Positions 29,140-44,180 of a stretch of 64,000 bases of DNA are shown here, piece by piece. Under the pieces are notes generated by a model. It was given only the letters and a program-made list of their open reading frames with translations. It had not been told where the DNA came from and searched no databases. This DNA is from the human T2T-CHM13v2.0 reference genome, Homo sapiens. A program made the translations under genes and the position numbers. Each line of letters opens with the position of its first letter. Positions within the stretch are counted from its first letter, which is position 1. The stretch is taken from assembly GCF_009914755.1 (NCBI RefSeq), contig NC_060933.1; one strand, written 5' to 3'.

Positions 29140-30020
29140 ACTCAATTCAATACACACCTATTGAGCACCTGCATGGCCAAATACTGTGTTATGTTCTCAG
29201 TATATGGAGACGAATAAAATACATTTGATGTCTGCAATCTAACAAGCAGCGTAAGCAAACAAATAAAATAAACTGAATGTGGTTTAATAAGTAGAATAAT
29301 AGAATTATCTACACAATGCTGAAGTAACCAGTGTATGAAGTAATTAATTTTTTTAAGGGGGAAAAATGCCACGGTGGACCTCTATTAACTTCAGTAGGGA
29401 TGACACCAGGTTCAAGAGGCTGAAGAAGAGACCCAGAGCCAGCAAATGGGACATAGAGTTGAAGTGAAATTACATACAACGTGGTAACCAGTGATGGCAG
29501 GCTAGACAGAAGAACTGCATTGCATCCAGAAATGGTCCAGTGGCAGGGGCTGGGCAGGAGAACCACAGCTGCTTGCGAAAGGCATGCGGTTTATACAGCG
29601 TTTTCACTTAGCATCCTCCTCCTAACAACCTACATTTAGCAACCTTCATTTAACCCAAAACAAAAGGCGTCACTCTCCTGTACAGCCTGTGTTCCATGGG
29701 ATGGTTCAGGGGTTCAGGTGTTCCTCATAGATAAGGAATGGGTTTTGGGTTGGCCACTCCTGAACTCCTTAGCTAGGAACTCTGAACACACATTCAGGTA
29801 TATCTCCCATACAGGGTCATTCTCAGGGTATGCTTAAATTTAGTTATTGCTATCAGGTGTGTCTACCATACAGGGCACTATGGTGAAGGGCATCTCAACA
29901 AATGTTTCCTGAAAGAAATTAGAAATTATACACAAATACGATTTTGAAAGATGACCAAAAATGTGCTGAGTTTTAGGGTGTGGTCAAGTTTAGACAAAGG
30001 GAAGAACACTGAATACACTC
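29140..30020 (-). mobile_element. L2 relic interrupted by an LTR
   Basis: 'caattcaatacacacctattgagcacctgc'. Confidence 0.55.
29367..29872 (-). mobile_element. ERVL solo LTR (LTR47/LTR32-like)
   Basis: Minus strand starts TGTATGGTAGACACACCTGATAGCAATAAC...AAGCATACCCTGAGAATGACCCTGTATGG; TG...CA termini. Confidence 0.75.
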
Positions 30021-30925
30021 CTCCATGGTGATGGATAGACTCGTATGCACATGATACTAATCTTGGCTATTTTAATACAGTTACTTATTCACTGATTATT
30101 TTCAGGTGCACACATTGTTTCATCCATACCATGGCAAACACGTACTAGATCAAGCGAAGTAAAGAAATGGATTAAGGTATCACATAGCCAAGATACTTGA
30201 TATTTGATATAGCGGTGTAGTTTTTTCAAAGAGAAGTCATTTAAAAATCTCATGTTTTAGCCTCAGCTGCTTTTCTCTCTTTCATGACCTTTCAATTCTG
30301 CCTAATTATTAGCACTGACACAGTGCTACCTGACTAGTCAGCACACTTGCTGATAAAGGTGCATTTCTTACACATTTTTTTTTTTTTTTGCATTTCACTT
30401 CACAGGCCAAGATTTATTAACCAGCGTCTTTAGGGAGGAGTCTCATATGAAGACTTCAATGCTTTTATAAGGACATACTGTACTACATTTATAAAAAAAA
30501 GTACTATAAATAATATTACAAGAGGCAGTACAGCTCAGGTGGCTCTAAAATAAGCTGAGTGCAGAGTCTGTATGATCTAAGATATATGTCGCTCCACCAC
30601 ACTCAGTACAACCTAGAGGTTTTCTGCCTTTATTTCATTCTCTTTATCCATCAATTCAGGGTCAGTTTCACAAAAGCTTAAAATCCTTCACTTTTCAGTA
30701 AAAGATACAAGAAAGGGCACCTCTGGCTGGCATGGGGAAGGACCTTTCCATTTTATTTGATGACATATGATTATTACTTTATTAAGGGATTGTTAGAAAT
30801 GATGATACAGATGTCTGATTGATATCCTAGGAAGATTGGGAAATTAAAAATTGGACACATATAGATTTAAAGCTCAGCTCGTCACTCAATAGCTGTGACT
30901 TTGGGTGATAAGGTTACTTTCTCTG

Positions 30926-31390
<465 letters not shown>

Positions 31391-32049
31391 CTATCATAAA
31401 AATAAAAAAGTGGGAGCAAAATGTCACACACAAAGTTCCAGTCACATCAGTGAATGTTCTGTTTCCCAAGCAAATGAATGTAGCATACTTTCTGGGGAGT
31501 CAAATTCTCATTTCCAAATGGGTGGCATTTCAACTCTCAATCCTGTGTGTTAAATTGACAGTAAAAGTAGAGCAAAACTTGACTTTTTTAGAAAAAATAT
31601 CTGTGAAAGGATTTTTTTTTCAGTAAAACAGAATGTGGCAAAAGTTTTTGGTTGTTATATGAAAGGTAACTACTAAGAGAAGGCAGGAAGATTTATAAGA
31701 CATAAGTAACAATCTTTCAGAACAGTAATAGTATGTTACAAACACAAATAAGAGAAGCCATTACAAAAATGGAAAAGGATGTTACTTTTCATGTCTGGGG
31801 CATGTTTTTAGGGGAACATGTTGGTATGAGTGTTCAGCATGAATATCTGTGATTATATGAGTATGCTGTGATTACCTGACTGATAGTAAGCCTGCTAATG
31901 CAGTTGATGGGAGTGGAGAGTGCTGGTGTGGAGAGGTGGGGGATGAAATTGCAGCCTCCGAGACAATATGTTTTTATCCTGCTGTACATTTCCACAAAGT
32001 CAAATAACTGGTGATATTGGACTCTGGAAAAAGAACCAGTGACTTTCTA

Positions 32050-32664
32050 AGCCAACAATCCCAACTTCAGGCTTACAAAATTGTATGTAGTCCTTGGAAC
32101 AGCCATCAAAGTCATTCCATGAATAAAAGGGGCTCCCATTGCCAATAAGTTTGGAAATGCTGAATATTATGTCTCAACACACTACATGTTGGCATATTAA
32201 ACACTCTGAGAAGTCCTGCCATAGAAAGGAACTAATTAGCGAATAGTTTTTCATTTTTTTTCTTCTGAGACAGGGTCTAGCTCTGTTGCCCTGGCTGGTG
32301 TATAATGGCATGATCGTGGCTCACTGCAGCCTTGACCTCCCAGTCTAAAGTAATCCTCCCACCTCAGCCTCCTGAGTAGTCAAGATTACAGGTGCACACC
32401 ACCATACATGGATAATTTTTTATTTGTAGAGATGGGGATCTTACCATATTGCCCAGGTTGGCTGGTCTTGAATTCCTGGCCTCGAGCAATCCTTCCACCT
32501 TAGCCTCCCAAAATGCTGGTATTACAAGTGTGAGCCACTGGGCCTGGCCTTTAACAAATAGTTTGATGATTTCCTAATTGTAACACTGTATCCCTTTATC
32601 AAGAAAGTTTTACAAACATCTTTTTGAGCTAGTGACCTAGAAAGCACACTTTGAAAAATCCTGA
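32050..32664. mobile_element. MER103C-like hAT-Charlie relic split by an AluJ
   Basis: 'gcatattaaacactctgagaagtcctgc', 'cacactttgaaaaatcctg'. Confidence 0.6.
32247..32549 (-). mobile_element. AluJ
   Basis: 'gagacagggtctagctctg...cactgcagccttgacctcc...aatcctcccacctcagcc'. Confidence 0.9.
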
Positions 32665-35600
32665 ATTTGGCAACCAGGAAAAAATATAGAATTATACATA
32701 TGGTAATATACAGTGAGCTGTTTTGGGGAGATGAACATTTATAATTTTATATCTCCTAAAATGTACACCTTATGCTGTGAAGGATGTAGTGGAATCTTTT
32801 GGTTCTAGCTTACGACTAGCTGAAAAAAAATTTTTGTACTATCACATTAAGCAAGAACCAGTTATTTCATAGTTTTATTTTGCACATTAAGGCACAGGAG
32901 ATAAATCTTACTGTCTGACGAAATCCTTTTCAAGTTTTGTTCTACAGTTTCCAAGTCCTGATGCAGCTTTCTTCTTAAGTAAAACTATTTCCTTAATTTG
33001 AGCAATTCGCCAGGTTGAAGAAAACTTGTAAGCACTGTTAGTACTTGTCAGGAGTAAATGGGACTCTAGAGAGTTCTTTGAAATAGGAAACATTTGAACA
33101 GAATATCATCTTGCTTTCAGCTGTTTGTATAGATGCAATTTCTGCAATTCTATACCTCACAGCTCTAATTTTTCTTCTTCTGTGTCTCAGGCTTCCATCA
33201 ATAATCCTTCCACTGAAACACACTTGACAAGAGAGGTAGAGTAGACGCCCTTGCAATATCTTCTGAATGTCACTCAGCAGTGATTTGTAATCGGGTTTAT
33301 ATATTTTAAGGAGAAAAATGTAAAACTAAATAGAAGATTCAATCCATATGAATCCAGATTGGACAAGGGTACTCTTAGTAAAATTTTATAAAATCACCTT
33401 TTGATTGGACAGTGGAAATTTTGTAAAACAGAAAAAAAATCAGTGATTTTGGATTCCTATTGTGGATCTATATCTACAAAATAAAATCGTCTGGTAATAC
33501 ACCTTATTGTATGAATGAATGGGCTGTTTTGAGGACCAGTTACATCCACCTTGTACTGTGATTTTTAATACATGTTTCTAAGCTAGAACCTCTATAATAC
33601 AGTTGTTACCTTGTCTCGTAACATCAGTATTAGAATAAAGGTCCTACTCTGTGTGTATACTTTAGGTAAGCAACAAGATTCCTCCTGCTGCTCTTCTGAA
33701 ATTCAGGGATATCTGGACTAGAGCCTAAAGTCCTTTGTTATTTGAAAATTAAGTTTGAAAACCCAATAAAAATATTCTTTCTGGACAGCAAAAAATATTA
33801 CATTAATTTCATTTGATTTGGATCTTTCTGTTTACTTAGTGAAAGCTCTTAAAAGCCTATTCTGATTATTTTGGAACAAAATTTTAAAAAATTAAGTACA
33901 TTTTTAAAGTGATGCCATATAGTTCTCTCTCAGTTTATACAGGGACTATATACTCATATTAAGTTTTCATCATTTGTTTATGGAATAGCATTAGAACTTT
34001 CTGGGAAAAAATATATATCCTGGACCGTGTATCTCAATTTCAATATATTTATGTGTCCTGTGTGTGTTTAGTCACACAATGAAAGAATAGCCTATGTAAA
34101 GCATTGTCTGGAAGAAGGGGTGATGAGTTTATAATAATAGCCTTTGACTAAATATAAGGATTAGATGAGTTTGGTATGTGACCATAGGCTATCGTTCTAC
34201 TTTCTCTGGAGCAAATTGCACTGTTTGAGGAATTCCTGTAAGCTCATAATTATAGTAGATAAGCATTTTACAATTTCACATGAAGATCTAAATTGACTAA
34301 TTGAAAGAGGTTACTTTAAAAGTGGTGAAAGTGATGAGACCTATACGCCCATTTAACATGAACTCTAATTTCCCTCTGTTGAATTTGTGAATTTACAGTC
34401 ATTCTTCTCCCTTTCATTCAACTCTTCAGGGGTCAAAGATTTCTACCCTGTTGGAAGAAGCCACTGTTGAAGTGTGAAAGGCTACTCTGCTTTCTGCGTC
34501 CATTTAACCTTTGGCCTGCCCTAAAGAGCCAGCCAAGTGTCAATCAGGGCTGATTGGGCACCTGTGCCTGGAAACAAGACAGAGAAATTTAGCTCTTCCA
34601 GGTCATCAAACCATCTCCAGATGGCAAAGAACTTCTGAAGTTATGAACCTAACTTGCTTGTGATGCAAATTAGTGACCTAGGGTGAGATGCTTCATTAAT
34701 GCTTACTCCTGTGAGCCTCCAAGGTGTCAGAAGTTGGACTGCTTACTCTCACATTTTTTTTTTGCTGTGTAATGTGCATTAAAATAATTTATATTCATAG
34801 AGATGGTCCAATAAATTGCATATGGCTAGTTAATAAGCTGCTAAAGCAGAGAAGAAAATTAGATTTCATTTAGAAGAAAACAATATTTGGCTTTCCCCAT
34901 GGAAATATGTGAAAAAGCTTTAGAAAATTCTGTTAACATTGAGGTCTCAGAAGAGACTGTGATTAAAAATAATAAAAAGAAAAAAATATGAATTTCTATC
35001 CAGATCACTATTTTTTTATCCAAGTGATGAGAAAAATTATGCAAACCCATGCATTTGCCCTGAGTTATGATTGTATTATATTAACCTCAGCTGACAATAT
35101 CCTATGCTAGCTTTGGCTTACTTAGAATTCTGCCTCTTGGGTATAAACACACATCTGAAATTGACTCAGCTCATTTCTTTCTTGCTGGGGTCACTTTACT
35201 GGTTACTCCCAACTACTGAACTTATTTTATGTGTTTTCTTTTTTACAATATTACATTCTAAAATTTTTATCACCTAAGAATTCCTCTCTGATGATTTTAT
35301 TACTCAATTCAAGATCTATAATTACGACCAAATCTCACAGATAACAAGATGCTAAGATGGGCTAATAAGGTTTTGCTTCTTTTACTTTATTCATGGTAAA
35401 GTACTGGTTAGAGTGAACACTGCCCAGTCATTTGCAAGCAATGTTGGGACTATCAGGAGTGGCTTGTATTTTCCCATAAACTATCCTAGTGCAGTAGAAA
35501 TGCCTGACAGTACTTGATGGCTGGTATCTTTGGATCTGAGTAGTTCAGATAGAAAAAGCAATTATCTTAGCAATGTCTGAGAAAGATGTTTTTGAAATTT

Positions 35601-38600
35601 CATTACTAAAAATAACAGGTGCTAATAATAAATATAAAACAGTAAATATTTGAGTATCTACTTTGTGTTCAATGCCATGTGGATCATTTTTTCAGTAGTA
35701 TTGCTTTTCAGCAGAACACATTAGGTCATTTGGTACCAGAGTGTGTAACCATGGAGTCTATTTTCTATAAAATAGGAGAAAGCTTACTCTCTGCTCAAAT
35801 TGACTGAAAAGCTACTGCCAGTGGATATTTGACTCTTGTAGAATTATTCTTTATAGTGCATCAGGTGGACAAAAAAGAAAGGATTCACAGAGAAAAGGTA
35901 TGAATTATTACATGAGTTTTAGTGCAGTATAACTGTTGGATGATTCTTTATTCTAGTTATGGGTAGTGCTTTGAAAGATTAATTTAAGACTAGTCCTCTC
36001 CAGAAGTTCATGATAGTAGAAGATTAGGCTAGATTCTATAAATAAATTTTTTATATAATTATAAAAATTAACATTTATACTTTAGAAATTATAAAAATAA
36101 TTTAATTTGAATCCATGAGTGAATTCAATATGTTATCAGATACATGTTTCTTTTCATTTTTCCTGATATAATAATTATAAGTAGGGTATTCTCTAATTGT
36201 TATGACTGAACTATCTGATTCTGATGCTGATGCAATTTCTACATTAATGTAATCAAATAGATGTACCAAACTAAGTGGAACTTTCGGTATACTGGAATGC
36301 TTATTGTATTGTCAGACATTTTGGTATTAAACCATTTTTTATCTATGATGAAATACTACTTGGCCATGGTGCTATTCTCTCAAGTTCATTCTCACTTACT
36401 TGTCATACTTTCCTTCATGTCCTTCAATAATATGAGCTATCTGAGAGGGCATCCCGTGTAGTCACATTACTTTATGTAATTGCCTCACCTTTTTCTTCAG
36501 ATTACAACAAAGCATTTGCCGTGCTTTATCGCTAAAGTCATAATTATTTTCCATGTCATAGATCTTTATTATTCTCCAAAGTCCACTTTTTCTGTTTTAA
36601 ATGAAACCAAATCTTTCCAAAAATTTATGCTTATAGAAATTCTTCAGAATGTATATTCTGTAATTTGATTTAAAGTATACAAAAATTCAGATTATCTATA
36701 TATTTAATTCAAACTTTTAAAATTCTGATTGTCTGTCTGCTTCCAGTAAAAGTGTTTCTTCAGCTGTCATAATCCAGAAATATGGCAATGTTCACCAATC
36801 TATAGAGAAATTAAAAGTATCTGAGCATTCATTGTTGTTTTAATTTTCATTTTCCTGATGACATATGATGTGGAGCATCCTTTTATATGCTTATTTGTTA
36901 TCTGTATATCTTATTTTAGTGAGGTGTCTCCTAAGGTTTTTGGCACATTTTAAAATCAGATTGTTTGTGTCCTTATTGTTGAGTGTTAAGATTATTTGTA
37001 TATTTTCGATAACAATCCTTTGTTTGATAAGTGTTTTGCAAATATTTCTCCCAGTCAATGGCTTATCTTTCCATTCCCTTGACAGTGTCTTTCACAAATT
37101 TATACTTTAATGAAGTTCAGCTTATCAGTTTTTTTTTCATAGATCATGCCTTTAGTGTTGCAACTAAAAAAATCAATGCCAAACCCAAGGTCATCTACAT
37201 TTTCTCCTGTGTTCTGGAAGTTTTATAGTTTTTCAGTTTACATGTAGGTAGAGGATCTATTTTGACTTAATTTCTGTGAAAGGTGTAAAGTTTCTGTCTA
37301 GTTTTATTGTTTTTACATGTGGATGTCCTGTCCAGCACCATTTGTTGAAAAGATAATCCATTGTATTGCCTTTCCTCCTTTGTCAAAGATCATTTGACTA
37401 TGTTTATGTGGATTTATTTCTGGACTCTCTATAATGTTCTGTGGATCTATTTATCTATTCTTTTGCCATTGCCATACTTTTTTGATTATTGAAACTTTCT
37501 AGTACATCTCAAAGTCAGGTAGTGTTAGTCTTTCAACTTTGTTATTTTCCTTCAACATTGTATTGGCTATTCTGGGCATTTTGTCTTTCCATAGAAACTA
37601 TAGAACCAGTTTGTCAATATACAAAAATGACTTTCTGTGATTTTTATTTGAATTGTATTGAATCTATAGATAAGATTGAGTTGATATCTTCACAATATTG
37701 AGTCTTTCTGTCAATGGACATGGAATATCTCTTCATTTATTTAATTCTTTGATCTCTTTAATAAGAATTTGTGGTTTTCCTCACATAGATCTTATAAATA
37801 TTTTGTTGATTTATTCCTACATATTTTATTTTCTGGGATGATAGTGTAAGTAGTATTCAGTTTTTTATTTAAAATTCCACTTGCTCATTGCTAGTATATA
37901 GAAAAATGCTTGGCCTTTATGTATTAACCTGTTTATCCTGCAACCTTGTTATAGTCACTTTGTCAGTTCCAGTATTTTCTTTCTGGATTCTTTCAATTTT
38001 TCTACATAGATGGTTATGTTATCTATGATTAAAGACAGTTTTCTTTCTTTTTTTTCAATCTGTGTACCTTTTTTTCCTTTTCCTGTCTTATTGCATAAGA
38101 TAGGACTTCCAGTACCTTGCTGAAAAGTGGTGATGAGAGGAGAAATCCTTGCCTTATCTCTGATGTTAGTGAGAAAGGAGTTTCTCACTGTTAAATGTGA
38201 TGTTAGTGTGTAATGTAGAAATAGGTGTCAGATGCTTTTTCTGTATCTATTAATTTGATCAGGTGATTTTTCTTTTTTAACCTGTTGATATGACAGATTG
38301 TATTAATTGATTTCCAAATGTAAGCAGTCTTGAATACCTGCAAAGTGGTGGTAGTGTGTAATTATTTTTGTACATTGTTGGATTACATTTGGTAATATTT
38401 TGTTGAGAATTTTTGCATCTTTTTTCATGAAAGATCTTGGTCTGTAGTTTTCTTGTACTGTCCTCATCTGCTATTAGGGTAATATTGGCTTAATGGAATG
38501 AGTTAGAAAGTATTCTCTCTGGTTATATCTTCTGAAAGAGATTGTAGAGAACTGACATAATTTTTTCCTTAAATCCTTGGCTGAATTCACCGTGGACCCA

Positions 38601-38647
38601 TCTGGGTCGGGGGCTATCTATTGGAAGGATATTAATTATTGATTTAA

Positions 38648-38663
38648 TTTCTTTCTTTCTTTC

Positions 38664-38726
<63 letters not shown>
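38648..38726. repeat. (TTTC)n tetranucleotide STR at an Alu tail
   Basis: About 19 units with one interruption. Confidence 0.95.
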
Positions 38727-38727
38727 A

Positions 38728-39130
<403 letters not shown>

Positions 39131-39530
39131 TAGGTTATCAAGTTTGTGGGTGTAGAATTTTTCATAGTATTCCGTTATTATCCTTTTGATGTCCATGGGA
39201 TGTGTAATGATGTCTCTTCTTTCATTTCTGACATTATTATAATAGTAATTTTCGTCCTCTCTTTTTCTTTTGTTAGTTAGCCTAGGTAGAGGCTTATCCA
39301 TTTTACTGATCTTTTAAAAAGACCAAACTTTTTGAGTTTTGTTGATTTTTTTGATTTTCTGTTTTTAATTATATTTATTTCTGTTCTAATTTTCATTATT
39401 TCTCTTATTCCGTTTGCTTTGGATTTAATTTGCTCTTCTTTTTCTAGTTTCTAAAGTGGAAGCTCAGGTGACTGGTTTTATATTCTTCCTATTGTATGCT
39501 TTTGGTGCTATACATTTCTCTCTAACGAAG

Positions 39531-39838
39531 CACTGGTGGCTCATGCGTGTAATCCTACCATTTTGAGAGGGTGAGGCAGGAGGATTACTTGAAGACAGGA
39601 ATTCAAGAGCAGCCTTGGTAACAAAGCAACACACCATCTCTACAAAGAAAAAAAAAATAATAATAAAAATTAGCCATTCCTGGCATGGTGGTGCACATCT
39701 CTAGTGTTCCTGCTACTCAGGAGGGTGAGATGGGAGGATCCCTTAAGCCCAGGAGATGAATGTTGCAGTGAGTTATGATCAGGCCACTGCAACCTACCTT
39801 GGCTGACAGGGTGAGACCATCTCAAGAAAAAAAAAAAA
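39531..39838 (+). mobile_element. AluJ (diverged)
   Basis: 'ggaggattacttgaagacagga', 'gggaggatcccttaagcccagg', A tail. Confidence 0.85.
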
Positions 39839-40669
39839 GATTTCATCTAATCACTGCTTTTCTTGTATGCTAGAAATTTTGATAAGCTGCATTTGTTTTT
39901 TTTGTTTGTTTGTTTTCAGTTAGGTGCATTTAAAATTCTCCCTTGTTATTTCTTCTTTGGTCCATATGTTACTTAGAAGCATGTTGTTTAATCTCTGAGT
40001 ATTTTGGGATTTTTCAGCTATCTTTCTGTTATTGATTTCTAGTTAATTCCATTGTGATCTGAGAGAAGGCATTGTATTATTTTATTTATTCTTCTTAATT
40101 TCTTAAAGTGTGTTTTAAGGCCCAGAACATGGTTTATTTTGGTGAACGTTCCGTGTAAGCCTCAGAAAAATATATATTCTATTGTTGTATGAAGTAGTCT
40201 ATAGGTGTCAATTATACGCAGTTGATTTATAATGTTGTTAATTTCAGCTATGTTCTTACTGATATCCTTCCTGCTGGATCCATCCATTTCTCAGGGAGGG
40301 GTGTTTAAGGTCACTTATATATAAAATTTTACCAGATATAGATTGCTCAAACAAGGAAGTTAATTAATGCACTGAATCATTGAATCAAGATAAAGAAATA
40401 TAACAATGGTTTGTGATGATTGGATGAAAATAGCAGCCTCAAATGTAATGGCAATAAACATAATCCTGATTTTTCAGAAGAATTAGCATGGCAACATTTT
40501 ACCTAAAAAATTATGAACATTTTATTGGCCTACAACATTGTTTAATGTAAGGGCCAGAATTGTGAGTCCATTTCTCAATATATGTAGTCAACTTTATAGT
40601 GTTTAGATCAGTGCATTATTAATTCCATTATTTTATAGATAATTTGAATCTCATTAATTTCTTCAGTTT

Positions 40670-41010
40670 TTCAAAAATATTAATTAGGCACCTGGTAGGG
40701 ACAAAATAAAGTCTTTAAGTCCTTGAATGCTTTAAAGATATGACAAACAGCCTATCCTAAACAAAATTACTTTCTAGCAGGAGCTACTATACCTCACTCA
40801 AAATACATATAATAGCAGATTAATAAGTTTTGAGTCTATGAAAAGACATAAAGATATAGAAAAGCTGCTGTTGCCTTTTACATGAAGGAGAGATTACTTC
40901 CAGCTATATGCATCAGAGATGACTTTTATCAGAAAAGCAGCATTTTACTTTGTGTTGAAAATTTTAAAAATTGGATATGAGGGATGGAAGGCAGGACATT
41001 CTAGACAACA
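40670..41010 (-). mobile_element. L2 fragment
   Basis: 'caaaaatattaattaggcacct', 'ggaaggcaggacattctagac'. Confidence 0.5.
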
Positions 41011-43599
41011 TGGTGGAATAATAAAGGATATGCTTCAGAATCAGAAAGATGCCTTGCCAAAGTCTTGGTGTCATTAACCAGCTGGCAGTCATTATTTGAC
41101 TCAGATTTTAAGAACACGTCTTAAATCACCATCACTTAATCCTATCGTTCCACATTATTTCTTTACATCTAAAATCAATGAGAATCTTTAGAAGGAAGAA
41201 CCTATAAACTCTAAGTATAATGTAGTGTTTTAAAAAACTGTAAAAACCTTTATTTCTAAGTTTGATTTAGTAATCATCTTGCTTTCTGTTTAGAAAAGCT
41301 AGAAACATCACTACCTTCTTTATAGATGACAATGATATATCTTATGTGGTTAAACATTACCAAGTAGTTGCCTTAATCTTGGAGAGGAATAAAGGTAATT
41401 AAAAAATTAATAAAGCTGTCAAATTTTTGTAATGAGAACCCCTCTATTTTTTAATGTCTCCTGTATTATTACAAGATGATCATATATTTTACTGGGGATT
41501 AGAGAAATAATTATTTTCTGCCTTATTAATCCTGCATAGTTGGATGTAATCGTGATGTAATAAATACGTTAAAGGAGGTTCTCCCAGTTTCTTTTCTATA
41601 AAGTTATCTTAGTTACAAATGCTTTTTGACATTTGCATTATTATAGCATCTTTTTTCCTAATACAGGCTTTTTTATTAGGGAGGGGGAAATTTTAAATTT
41701 CCTTTATAAAATCTCTCTGTCCTCAATGTGAGATGCCCACAGTAAGCAAACATACCTTATATCCACATTGGCTTCGTGAAACATGAGTCACGGTTATAGC
41801 AAAACTCGCTAAAAATGGAGCCTATAAATTTATAGGCTATATAAATTGGAGCCTATATATATTAAAATGGAGCCTATAAATTTATCCTTTATAAATTTAA
41901 ATTAGGAATATATTTTCTCTGGCTTAAACAGGGAGGAAGAAGAAAAGAGGGTAAAACTCAGTGCTGTCCATGCATGAAGTTAGCTTTGGTAATTGACTTT
42001 TGTGGTACTAAGATACTAAACTACATAGCTTCACTAAATGTGAGGCTGGAATGAGAAGGGTATGCAGTAATTAGTTACTTTGACTTTTTTTCACATAGCT
42101 TAGCATTTATCACTGTTTCTCTCATTGCTCTGACCTAAATCAATGACCTTTAAAATGAAATATATTTCATTGAGTCTGGTATAACCCCTACCCTTTCTAT
42201 GATTATTATACATAATTTTTTTTTAAATTAAGTGACTCAAAATATGGAAGACGCCCATCCATGGAAGAGGGGCTGTTTTTAACTTTACTGAAACATCAAG
42301 AAGTAGTCATTATGATAAAATGTGTGCCTCATTTAACTTAAGAAATCAAATGTGACATTTATGATCAAGGCGAGAGTAAAAAACTCATTTATTATACATT
42401 TAGTTAGATATAATTTATTATTTAACCAAAGTTTTTGGGCGGATGGTCAAATAAACTAAAAGAAAAAATGAAAACTCTGAGAGGAAAGGAAAAAAAAAAG
42501 ATTCTTCCAGTAGAAATGATCTTTTGCTCTCATGTTGCCATAAGACATTTAGGTTTGGAACAGGTTGGTTTTTAAAAAGCAGTTGTTACAGATGAAGATC
42601 AACCTGTAGTCATTTTAAAATCATCTTTACAGGCTATATCAGCTAAAGTGCACTTCAGTTGTTTCCCCCCTCAATGGTTTAATGCTAGACTTACAAAATC
42701 CGAATCCTTGAAAATTAGGTCCCAGGATTTTTAACATCATCCTCAGTATATTAAAAAACTCAGAAATTTTAAAAACCACTGATTTAAATGGATTATTTTT
42801 TCTTAAGGAAAAAATCTTATTGGTTTTATTTTACACAGGATAATGAGGTCTTTTATGTTTTATATTTAATTCTTGAATGCTTTTATATAATGAGAACACG
42901 GAGAACTTTTACTAGAATTTTTGTGTGTGAACATCAAATAGATGCATAAATTCAAGTTATCATATGTTCCTACCTGCTCAAAACTGTAGCCATGAAAATA
43001 ATGAATAACAATGGAAAAGCAAGTGGACCTAGAAGATTTCAAACTTAAGATAAATATTGCTGAGAACAAGAAAAAAAAAATAGAAGAGTTACAACATGAA
43101 TGGGGCCAAAGCCATAGAGATTCTGGTCTCTTGATCCCATATAGACAGTGGCAGTAGGAAGTGTGATACATTTAGGGTAAAGGGGACTAAAAGTTCTCTA
43201 CACAGGAAGGAAGGAAGAAAAGAGGCACATGAGAAATAAGTTTACTGCTTGAAATTAAGGCCTGGGATGGGAATTTCTTTCAGGTAAAGGAAACTAAAAC
43301 AAAGCAAAGCTCATGTCAGATCATTGCTTGCAGCTACAGCATTTAGCAAGCTGTTTTTCCGGTAGGGAGGATTTATGTACATACCACTTCAAGATGAGAA
43401 ACTAAAAACAATTCCAAAGGTGGATGACTGAATCTGTGATATTCTCAGCTCACCAGGGACAGAAGGATGTTGTTAAATGTCATTATAAGACCTGGTTTCA
43501 GACCTGAGGTTGGGGCTGGGAAGAAGCAATTACAAAGTTACTGGAGAGGAAGGGATGAACACAGAGGGCAAAGGAAGAGATAGATGGATAGATTATTGA

Positions 43600-44020
43600 G
43601 AATGCATTCACAAGTCTCCCACAATAGTCCAGATCACATGAAGATGGCTAATGCTAAAACACAATCAGAATTAAATGTTGAATTTGTTCTACATGAAATT
43701 AATTTTATGGAACAGTCTGAGGAAAAGTTTAAAATAGACGTAAAATGACAATGAGCTCAAAACACCTTCCATTTTAAAAGGGTACTAAATTATAAAGCAA
43801 AATGTAGAAATAAAAACAAAAATAGGTGAATATTAGAAAGAACCAATTACAAATCTTGGGTATTAAAAAATCAGTAAAATATTAATTAAAAAATTTAATA
43901 GATGGGATAAATTCAAAAATGTCTATATATATATATATATATTTAGTGAATTGAAAGTGGTACTGAGGAAAACATTCAGAATTCAGGAGAAAAACAAGTA
44001 GTGGAAAGTTTGAAAAAACG
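43600..44020 (+). mobile_element. HAL1/L1M ORF1-like relic with (TA)n at 43924-43942
   Basis: A-rich 'aagaaccaattacaaatcttgg...aatagatgggataaa...tagtgaattgaaag'. Confidence 0.55.
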
Positions 44021-44033
44021 CTGTACAAACGCT

Positions 44034-44180
44034 GTCATATTGGATTAGGGTCACCCTAATGACCTTGCTTTAACTTCATTACTACTGTAAAAACCCTCCC
44101 TATCTCCAAATATAGTTCTCAGGTACTAGGGTTGTGGATTTTAACATGAATTTTTGGGAGACACAATTCAGCCTATAACA
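44034..44180 (-). mobile_element. MLT1B/C 5' fragment
   Basis: 'gtcatattggattaggg...gacacaattcagcctataaca'. Confidence 0.75.

Noticed and set aside
30106-30176. Possible exon (ttttcAG...AAG|gtatca)
   Set aside because: Weak donor, short pyrimidine tract and no recognisable peptide; indistinguishable from background
32908-33256. Two overlapping minus-strand ORFs ending near a GTAAG donor-like site
   Set aside because: No recognisable homology, no convincing minus-strand acceptor, and the strand bias favours a + host
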